Positions 32,262 through 39,788 of a stretch of DNA of 64,000 bases are shown piece after piece. Below the pieces are notes generated by a model. The model worked only from the letters and a program-made list of their open reading frames with translations. It did not search any database and was not told the DNA's origin. The stretch lies in NCBI GenBank assembly GCA_050949045.1, contig JBMNEZ010000001.1:224001-288000 (forward strand). Reading direction: 5' to 3'. Each line of letters opens with the position of its first letter. Position 1 is the first letter of the stretch. This DNA comes from Candidatus Izemoplasmatales bacterium. Its GTDB lineage: Bacteria; Bacillota_I; Bacilli_A; Izemoplasmatales; Hujiaoplasmataceae. A program made the translations under genes and the position numbers.

Positions 32262-32887
32262 AACCTGATCCCCAGTTGATTTATCGGAAAATCAGCGAGT
32301 TGTATCCTGATGCCGGTTGCGAACTCGATTACGTTACCGAGACCGATTTGCTTGTGGCGATAATACTGAGCCAGCAAGCCACAGATGTTTCCGTAAACAA
32401 GCTGACTAAGACTCTGTTTGCCAAGTACAAGACCTTCGCCGACTACGCGCAGGCGCCGCTCGCCGATCTTGAAGCCGATATCCGGGCGATCGGACTCTTC
32501 AGAACCAAAGCGAAAAACATCCAGATGGCTTCAAGAATCATCCAAAGCGAATATGGCGGCATTATTCCTATGCAACAGGAACTGCTTGAAAAATTGCCGG
32601 GTGTCGGCCGCAAGACCGCCAATGTCTTTTTGGCAGAATGGCACAAGCTGCCGCGAATAGCGGTCGACACCCATGTCAAACGAGTGGCGACGCGGCTTGG
32701 TCTTGCAAAAGACAAGGATACTCCGGAAACAGTCGAGAAAAAGTTGATGGAGCACTATCCTCCGTCGGAATGGATCCCTCTTCACCATCGGTTTTTGTTT
32801 TTCGGACGCTACTTGTGCAAGGCTCGGAAGCCAGAATGCTGGCGCTGTCCCCTCATTGATGTCTGCCACTACCCCGATCGTTACTGA
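32240..32887 (+). CDS. nth: Endonuclease III (start uncertain)
   Basis: LSQQATD, HhH LPGVGRKTA, AVDTHV, 4Fe-4S CKARKPECWRCPLIDVC. Confidence 0.96.
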   Translation: MGQEKRVKPDPQLIYRKISELYPDAGCELDYVTETDLLVAIILSQQATDVSVNKLTKTLFAKYKTFADYAQAPLADLEADIRAIGLFRTKAKNIQMASRIIQSEYGGIIPMQQELLEKLPGVGRKTANVFLAEWHKLPRIAVDTHVKRVATRLGLAKDKDTPETVEKKLMEHYPPSEWIPLHHRFLFFGRYLCKARKPECWRCPLIDVCHYPDRY

Positions 32888-33013
32888 TCGGTTTTTTTAT
32901 GGTTATTATAACAGTGAATTTTATCAAGTTCGCTTCCTTTTATTTTTTAACATTTCCATATATAATGAGTAAAAAAGCCAATCGATTTTGGCAATTTCTT
33001 ATAGGGGGAAAAA

Positions 33014-34279
33014 ATGACTCACAGACTAGAAGCCGACATTAAACGGCGCAAGGAGGAAATGTACCAATTTTACTTTAAAGGCATTGGCATCTCGATCAAA
33101 AAAAGGCGGCTGGCTTTGAAACTGACACAAGAGGCATTGGCCAAGGGGATCTGCTCTAACACTTACGTGTCCAAAATTGAGAACAACGCCATCGCCATCA
33201 ACAAGGAGAATTTATATTTGTTGATGGAGAAGATGGACATGCCGCTCGAATCGATCGTCTTTCCGGAGGCGATGATCGACATCATGCTTGAGTCGTTCTC
33301 ATGTTTCATTCGCAAGGATTATGAAAGGTACAGGCAAATCTATGAAGATATCGACAAGTATCAGTTTGGCATCCTGATCCAGGTGACAAGATTTGGGTAC
33401 CATATCCTCATGGGCGACGTCGAGAGCGCCAGACCGCTCTATCAGGAGTTGCACCGCTATCTTTGTTCACTTGAACAAAACGGCTTGACGATCTTTGTCA
33501 TCTATGCCTGCTGGTACGATATTCTCACCAGCAATTATAAATCAGCCAAACGGACGTTAGAAATCGCCGGTGACACTTTGTACCGCAACCGCGACATGCT
33601 TGCAATGTGCCATCTGATTGAGTTTATTGTCTATGGACATCTTTATTTTTTCAACAGTGCCAGAAGCAGTTACAATCTGGCAAGAAATTTATTCATGGAG
33701 ACGAACAACATCGCGAGGATATCCGAGATAATGACCTACAGAAACCTTTTCGCACTTTATGAAGGTCGCTTTGACGAAAAGAGCGTTGTCATCAGCGAAC
33801 TCAAATATTTGTCTCCGATCCAGAAAAACCGCTATTTGACGACGATTGCGCTCGAATCGGATAATCCGGAAGCGTTTGAGCCGTATTTCGACCGAGACAC
33901 CGTATACTTCCAAGACTACTTGTTCATCCTCGCTCTTCATTATGAAAAGACGGACCAACAAGAAAAACTCGAACAGACAAAAAAGGCGTTGTCAGCTAAC
34001 TACTACCTCTTGAAAACACCGTTTGATTATCTGAATATGCTTGCCTTGATGCAAGGAAACCAGAATATGGAATTCAAGGAATACCTAGCACAAATCGTGC
34101 TGCCATATGTCATCAAAACGCAGAATATCCACCTGATCATCAAAGTGACAGAGACGATCGTCGGGATTTTGGAGAAACGCAAACGTTATAAAGATGCGCT
34201 TGCCTACCAGGATAAATGCAAGAAAACAATTGCCAGACTACAATCATCCGAACGTCGTTATGACAATAATTTCGCTTAG
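33014..34279 (+). CDS. XRE-HTH transcriptional regulator with long helical/TPR-like C-terminus (Rgg/PlcR-like)
   Basis: IKKRR..LTQEALAKGICSNTYVSKIEN HTH; Tyr-rich helical remainder. Confidence 0.75.
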   Translation: MTHRLEADIKRRKEEMYQFYFKGIGISIKKRRLALKLTQEALAKGICSNTYVSKIENNAIAINKENLYLLMEKMDMPLESIVFPEAMIDIMLESFSCFIRKDYERYRQIYEDIDKYQFGILIQVTRFGYHILMGDVESARPLYQELHRYLCSLEQNGLTIFVIYACWYDILTSNYKSAKRTLEIAGDTLYRNRDMLAMCHLIEFIVYGHLYFFNSARSSYNLARNLFMETNNIARISEIMTYRNLFALYEGRFDEKSVVISELKYLSPIQKNRYLTTIALESDNPEAFEPYFDRDTVYFQDYLFILALHYEKTDQQEKLEQTKKALSANYYLLKTPFDYLNMLALMQGNQNMEFKEYLAQIVLPYVIKTQNIHLIIKVTETIVGILEKRKRYKDALAYQDKCKKTIARLQSSERRYDNNFA

Positions 34280-34514
34280 ACTTGTTCGCAAGCGATCATG
34301 ATGCCTTTGGTAATTTGTAGTTCACCATACCTGTTTTGTCGGTTTCGTGATAGATGGTATCGTTCTCGCTTTCGATGTTTCTTTGCATATCTTTACACTC
34401 TCGGTGGGCATTTGCTTATAATTGTGCTTGAAAAGGGTGATATGATATGTTTTTTCGCTACTCAAACAGGCTTTGTCGTTGCCGGACCCGCTATCTGGGG
34501 AGGATGTAATAATA

Positions 34515-34616
34515 ATGCTAAAGGAGGAAAATGCAGTAGTAAACAGAGTTTCAGAGTTTATACAAAGTATGATTGATGATGTTTATATTGAATCCGAATG
34601 GCTGAAACTTCTATAA
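34515..34616 (+). CDS. Possible 33-aa small protein MLKEENAVVNRVSEFIQSMIDDVYIESEWLKLL
   Basis: GGAGG about 10 nt upstream; hairpin at 34641-34673 downstream; no recognisable homology. Confidence 0.25.
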   Translation: MLKEENAVVNRVSEFIQSMIDDVYIESEWLKLL

Positions 34617-34831
34617 CAGGAATACAACTAACGCTATTATGCGTAAAACTTTTGAAAAATAAAAGTTTTGCGCACAGGATGACTCATGTACCACCGACAA
34701 TCGAAGAAATTGGATGGTATACAATAAAGTAGACACAAAGATAAGAGAATAATTATAATATGTAAATAAAGAGGAAGAGAAAGAAACAGCAAACTGGGGA
34801 AAATCAATTGTTTTCAATACTTAAAAGCTAA

Positions 34832-34966
34832 ATGTCTACTTTCGAAAATGAAAACAATTAAAAAATCCATTATGTATCCACAATTGAAAATGAGTTTTGA
34901 AAGAAAAGTACCCGGGTGTCCACAATCAAAAATATATTTTTATAAAAAACGTTTTTCGTGTCCACC
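34832..34966. repeat. Four RTRTCYAC motifs at an exact 42-bp period
   Basis: ATGTCTAC 34832, GTATCCAC 34874, GTGTCCAC 34916, GTGTCCAC 34958; inverted copy GTAGACAC at 34729. Confidence 0.6.
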
Positions 34967-35004
34967 GGACTTGACAAGTACAAATATATAGAGTTGATAA
35001 ATCA

Positions 35005-35044
35005 CAAACACTTGAACAAAAATTCACCAAACGCTTGAACAAAA
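35005..35044 (+). repeat. 17-bp direct repeat CAAACRCTTGAACAAAA (23-bp period) upstream of AAA gene
   Basis: Copies at 35005-35021 and 35028-35044 with one mismatch. Confidence 0.7.
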
Positions 35045-35104
35045 GTTATACTAATACTTGAAAATATGTTATAATTTCTTTGTTTTAGAAGTGAGGTGAG
35101 ACTT

Positions 35105-36376
35105 ATGAAGAAGTATTTACCAAGGATTATAGATAAATTATTGAGTGATAGATTGGAAGCCAAAGGTGCTGTTTTATTGGAGGGACCTAAATGGTGCGGT
35201 AAGACTACCAGTGCCAAAGAGATTGCAGGTAGTTTTATATCAATGGATCAACCTGAAATGAGTAAGCAGTACCAATCTATGGCTGAACTTTCCCCGCTGA
35301 CACTATTGGAAGGCGAGACCCCGAGGCTAATAGACGAGTGGCAGATAGCTCCGAATTTATGGAATGCGGTTAGATATGAGGTTGATCAGAGAGATGAATT
35401 TGGTCAATTTATTTTAACGGGTTCTGCCGTTCCCGCAGAGATAGATGAGTCTATGCATACAGGAACCGGAAGGATTTCAAGACTTTATATGAGACCTATG
35501 AGTTTGTATGAGTCTGAGGATTCAAACGGCAAAGTTACAATCAGAGACATGTTTGCAAATAAGGAAATATCCGCTAAAAGCGATACTGATTTGGCGAAAA
35601 TAGCATTCCTAATTTGCAGGGGAGGCTGGCCAAAAGCGGTCGGTTTAACCGAAAAACAGGCACTTTTTCAGGCCGTAGACTATTTTGATGCCGTTGTCTC
35701 TACTGACATAAGCAGGGTAGATTCTGTGAGAAGAGATAAAGAAAAAGCAAAAAGATTCCTAAAATCCTATGCAAGGAATGTCGGAACCAGAGCAACCCTG
35801 GAGACTATCAGGCAAGATGTATTGGCTAATCATACCGGTACGTTTGACCCTGTTACACTTTATTCATATAGGGACGCACTAACTAAAATCTTTGTTATTG
35901 AGGATTCACCGGCTTGGAATCCGAATTTGAGGTCTAAGGTTGCTATTAGAACAACAGATGCGAGGTATTTTGTCGATCCTTCAATTGCTACTGCGGCCTT
36001 GCAACTCAGCCCAAAGGATTTGCTGAACGACTTAAACACCATGGGGCTCATTTTTGAAAATTTGTGTGTCCGCGATTTAAGAATATATGCGGACTACCTG
36101 GATGGCAGTATTTATCAGTACAGAGATAGCAAGGGATTGGAATGTGATGCTGTTATTCACTTAAAGGACGGTTCTTATGGCCTGATTGAAATAAAATTGG
36201 GTGGGGACAGTTTGATTGAAGAAGGCGCAAAAAACCTGAAAGATCTGGCCTCAAAGATAGATATAAACAAAATGAAAGAACCTTCTTTTATGCTTGTTTT
36301 GTGCGCCAAAGCTCCGTTTGCCTACCGGAGAAAAGATGGAGTTTATGTAGTTCCTGTAACTTGTTTGAAACCTTAG
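35105..36376 (+). CDS. AAA_14 ATPase with DUF4143 / PD-(D/E)xK-like C-terminus
   Basis: GPKWCGKTT, LIDEWQ, FILTGS, YFVDPS, FENL, ECDAVIH..IEIKLG. Confidence 0.88.
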   Translation: MKKYLPRIIDKLLSDRLEAKGAVLLEGPKWCGKTTSAKEIAGSFISMDQPEMSKQYQSMAELSPLTLLEGETPRLIDEWQIAPNLWNAVRYEVDQRDEFGQFILTGSAVPAEIDESMHTGTGRISRLYMRPMSLYESEDSNGKVTIRDMFANKEISAKSDTDLAKIAFLICRGGWPKAVGLTEKQALFQAVDYFDAVVSTDISRVDSVRRDKEKAKRFLKSYARNVGTRATLETIRQDVLANHTGTFDPVTLYSYRDALTKIFVIEDSPAWNPNLRSKVAIRTTDARYFVDPSIATAALQLSPKDLLNDLNTMGLIFENLCVRDLRIYADYLDGSIYQYRDSKGLECDAVIHLKDGSYGLIEIKLGGDSLIEEGAKNLKDLASKIDINKMKEPSFMLVLCAKAPFAYRRKDGVYVVPVTCLKP

Positions 36377-36396
36377 AACGAGAAAGAAGAACAACA

Positions 36397-36752
36397 GTGA
36401 TTCGACCAATTTTAGCTTGTGATGACCCACATAAAACAACTCAAATATTTATCGGTGCTGGTTGGCGCCTTGATTTTTCACAATCTTCTAAATCCGGGAA
36501 TCCATTGGTCGGGATGTCTTTGTTCAATAATTCGGTGTTTTTGGGAATAAGCGACGGATATGTTAATGAGACAGATAAACCGTATTTGGTTGTGAAATTG
36601 AGTTTTATATGAAGGCACCGCAAGAATACTTTAATGACATATACAATCAGCATAGGAGCTTAGGACCAACCGTGATAACACTTCAGCCATGGGAAGAACA
36701 TGCGTTTGTAGTACAAATCGGTCAATTCTAATTTATGATTGCATCAAAATGA
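36397..36752 (+). pseudogene. Decayed small VOC/glyoxalase-like gene
   Basis: VIRPILACDDP...KPY, then a frameshift near 36587 into GCEIEFY...LQPWEEHAFVVQIGQF*FMIASK*; QPW..F pattern resembles VOC folds. Confidence 0.5.
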
Positions 36753-36930
36753 GTTCAATATCTCGAAAAATAATAGGTGTTTACTGTACATCAAATTTCT
36801 AATTTGTTTTACCCTAAGCCTTTAAACCCTTGATGTCAAACAAAACGCTACACTCGGAAAAACTTGATTTCATGCGGTTCTAGAAATGTAAAAACAACCA
36901 AAAACCGTGTTTCATTTAAAATTCTTTCTC

Positions 36931-37423
36931 CGGAAACAGGTATCTGTTTGTCGGAGCCCATCCATATTATATCGAGATCGGAGTCGGCGGAACCGTGGCC
37001 AAGTTGGTGAAACTTGGGAAAAGGTTTACTTTTTGATCATCGCGGTTGCGGTCATAAAGACTCCGGGACAACAGTGTCAAAACAGCCACGTTTTTTTGTG
37101 GGTATCCGCTTGTCTACCGGGATAACGTCGGGATGATTCCCAAAGAAAAAGAGCACAACTTCCGCCTTCGCAATCTTTGTTTCTACTTTACTCACCGCGC
37201 CAACAGGTTCATAGTTCTCGATAAGACGTATGTCCATTGCCGCAAACACACGATTATGTGTCATGAAAGCCAGTTTGCCAGTGGAGAGGATCTTGGTAAA
37301 ATTCTAAGATATCTTAAGATCAGAAGCCGAATCTTTGGGGCGCTTGGCAAGCATGAAAAAGAAGGTTTCTTTGTCTTTGGAGAAAAGCATCTTCACTCCT
37401 TCCCGGAAGTGAACCGCTACTAA
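36931..37423 (+). pseudogene. PIG-L/LmbE family deacetylase remnant
   Basis: YLFVGAHPYYIEIGVGGTVAKL (HPDD degraded to HPYY), frameshift to KVYFLII, and C-terminal FYFTHRANRF..CHESQF..EGF in ORF 37133-37423. Confidence 0.65.
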
Positions 37424-37486
37424 GGATTTTTCCTTGACTTTGTTTTTAAAAACAAGTATAATTTACCTGCTGTGCGGGGTGATACC

Positions 37487-37969
37487 ATGAAATATTCGGT
37501 GCTGGAACTCATCAAGCATTACCGGACTGATAATCGTATTGCCTATGTATTTGACGCTGATAATTGTCTTAACGATGATTTTCCCGATCTTGTCGGGATC
37601 TCACCGGTTGTCGTCTGCGGCAGTTTTCAGGTCGACCATGACGATGAGATTTTCACCTTCGACCTTGAGATCACCTGTGGTTTGACAATGCTTTGTGCGC
37701 TGACGCTCGAAGAAGTCAAGGTGCCCTTGTCGTTCAAGACTTCACTGACGTTCGCCTTAAAACAAACTGAAGACTATATGTTGCCTGTGGAAGGCATGAC
37801 GATCGACCTTGATCCCTACATTTTTGCGGAAATCCTCGTCGAGAAGCCTATGCGGGCCGTCAGCGAGAATGCTTATGACCACTACCGGGAAGAAATTGTC
37901 AAATTGGATGAAAACGAGAAACTGAATGATAACCCTTTCGCTAAACTGACAAAAAAATGTGATTATTAG
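37487..37969 (+). CDS. YceD/DUF177 family protein
   Basis: CALTL, IDLDPYI..ILVEKPM, DNPFAKL; upstream of rpmF. Confidence 0.85.
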   Translation: MKYSVLELIKHYRTDNRIAYVFDADNCLNDDFPDLVGISPVVVCGSFQVDHDDEIFTFDLEITCGLTMLCALTLEEVKVPLSFKTSLTFALKQTEDYMLPVEGMTIDLDPYIFAEILVEKPMRAVSENAYDHYREEIVKLDENEKLNDNPFAKLTKKCDY

Positions 37970-37980
37970 GAGGTGAAATC

Positions 37981-38178
37981 ATGGCTGTACCATTTCGCAA
38001 GGTAAGCAAATCCGTAAAGAGGAAGAGACGAACTCACTTCAAGTTGAACGTGCCTGCAATGGTTGTTTGCCCGAATTGCGGAGAAATGACGCTCTCTCAT
38101 CAAGTTTGCAGGAAATGTGGCTACTACAAGGGAAAATTTGTTAAAGAGCCAAAAGCTGAGAAGACGGAAAAAGAGTGA
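37981..38178 (+). CDS. rpmF: 50S ribosomal protein L32
   Basis: [38 protein letters not shown]. Confidence 0.97.
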   Translation: MAVPFRKVSKSVKRKRRTHFKLNVPAMVVCPNCGEMTLSHQVCRKCGYYKGKFVKEPKAEKTEKE

Positions 38179-38248
38179 AAGAAAAGAAGCGCTGTGGATC
38201 AGCGTTTTTCTTTTGGCAAATCATGTTATAATACCGGTGGTGATTTTT

Positions 38249-39172
38249 GTGAGCGAACATGTGCCGGTTATGCTTGCCGAAGCGATTGAGTATCTGAATA
38301 TCAAGGCGGATGGCATCTATGTCGATATGACCCTGGGCGGGGGCGGCCACAGCGAGGCGATTCTCAAGCGGCTCGATCAGGGGCGGCTTTTTGCCTTCGA
38401 TCAGGATCGTTATGCCATTGAGCGGGCAAAGAAAAGACTTGGCAAGTACACCAACATCATTTATATCCATGACAACTTCCGTTCGCTTCGTCATCATTTG
38501 ACAAACAATGGAGTCGACAAAGTCGACGGCATCCTTTTCGATCTCGGCGTTTCCTCGTTCCAATTCGATATTCCTGAGAGGGGTTTCTCCTATCAACACG
38601 ACGGTCCGCTCGACATGCGGATGGACGAGAATAACACGCTTGACGCCTTCATGATCGTCAACCAGTACACGGAGAGAGAACTGGCAGAGATCTTGTTTCG
38701 TTATGGAGAGGAGCCCTTTAGCCGTCCGATAGCGAGAAAAATTGTCCAGGCAAGAAGCGCTTCGCCGATCAAAACGACTCTGCAACTCGTCGAAGTGATC
38801 AAAAGTGCCCTACCGGAAAGAATTCTAAGAAAGAAAGGGCATCCGGCAAAACAAACGTTCCAAGCCTTGAGAATCGCAGTTAACGATGAACTGAACGTCC
38901 TTCAAGAGACTCTCATCGAAGCTATCGATTTGCTTGAGAAGGGCGGCAGGCTGGTAACGATCACTTTCCATTCCCTGGAAGATCGGATCGTCAAGACGAT
39001 TTTCAAGGAAAAGTCTACCGTTTCGATCCCCAAAGGCCTTCCCGTCATCGTCCAAGAAACACCGCCTTTGAACCTGCTTACAAAGCGTGTAATCAAACCT
39101 TCGGAAGCTGAAATTCTGGCCAACAATCGCGCTCACAGCGCTAAACTCAGAGCGGTTGAGAAAGCCGATTGA
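38249..39172 (+). CDS. rsmH: 16S rRNA m4C1402 methyltransferase
   Basis: HVPVML, DMTLGGGGHS, DLGVSS, PLDMRMD, FQALRIAVN, FHSLEDR, SAKLR. Confidence 0.97.
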   Translation: MSEHVPVMLAEAIEYLNIKADGIYVDMTLGGGGHSEAILKRLDQGRLFAFDQDRYAIERAKKRLGKYTNIIYIHDNFRSLRHHLTNNGVDKVDGILFDLGVSSFQFDIPERGFSYQHDGPLDMRMDENNTLDAFMIVNQYTERELAEILFRYGEEPFSRPIARKIVQARSASPIKTTLQLVEVIKSALPERILRKKGHPAKQTFQALRIAVNDELNVLQETLIEAIDLLEKGGRLVTITFHSLEDRIVKTIFKEKSTVSIPKGLPVIVQETPPLNLLTKRVIKPSEAEILANNRAHSAKLRAVEKAD

Positions 39173-39232
39173 CATAGTATGTTATTATTGACACCGACTG
39201 GTCTTTGTGATATCATAATTTTGCGATTTCTC

Positions 39233-39306
39233 GCAGGTATAGTTCAATGGTAGAACATCAGCCTTCCAAGCTGAATATGAGGGTTCGATTCCCTTTACCT
39301 GCTCCA
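39233..39306 (+). tRNA. tRNA-Gly (TCC)
   Basis: Acceptor GCAGGTA/TACCTGC, anticodon loop CTTCCAA, GGTTCGATT T-loop, CCA end; TTGACA promoter at 39188. Confidence 0.97.
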
Positions 39307-39347
39307 GTTGCATAGACACCCTATGCCGTGCATAGGGTTTGTTTTTT

Positions 39348-39436
39348 GGAAGAGTATCGAAGTGGCTGTAACGAGCTGCACTCGAAATGCAGTCGTCCGC
39401 AAGGGCGCGTGGGTTCGAATCCCACCTCTTCCGCCA
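39348..39436 (+). tRNA. tRNA-Ser (CGA)
   Basis: Acceptor GGAAGAG/CTCTTCC, loop CTCGAAA, long variable arm, GCCA end. Confidence 0.97.
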
Positions 39437-39439
39437 GGT

Positions 39440-39516
39440 CGAGATGTAGCGCAGTTTGGTAGCGCGCTTGGTTCGGGACCAAGAGGTCGTGGGTTCGAAT
39501 CCCATCATCTCGACCA
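39440..39516 (+). tRNA. tRNA-Pro (CGG)
   Basis: Acceptor CGAGATG/CATCTCG, loop TTCGGGA, ACCA end. Confidence 0.97.
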
Positions 39517-39788
39517 TTTTTTGTTATTATACTTGATGCTTTTAGGGAAATATTCACAAAATAGCAATGAGATGTAATAGGCGCTAGAATAGGCGTCATC
39601 AAATGATCAGATTGTAAATTCGATATTTTGATATTTCATTATAAGATACCTATATAGCAAGCTTTTGAATTTCTGTTAATAATGGTTGAACGGTTGAAAT
39701 TGTGATATATATATGGTAATAATAAGGTTAGTAATACAGTAACAACGTTTTTAAATAAAAAATTAATAGTATATGGAGGAGACCAGGC

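Noticed and set aside
34298..34576. 92-aa ORF after the XRE regulator
   Set aside because: No RBS, atypical composition and no motif.
2709..38785. Many long antisense or overlapping ORFs (e.g. 6552-7295, 8253-9032, 10287-11012, 19620-20285, 27100-27744, 38141-38785)
   Set aside because: Shadows of well-supported genes caused by codon bias; no RBS or motifs.
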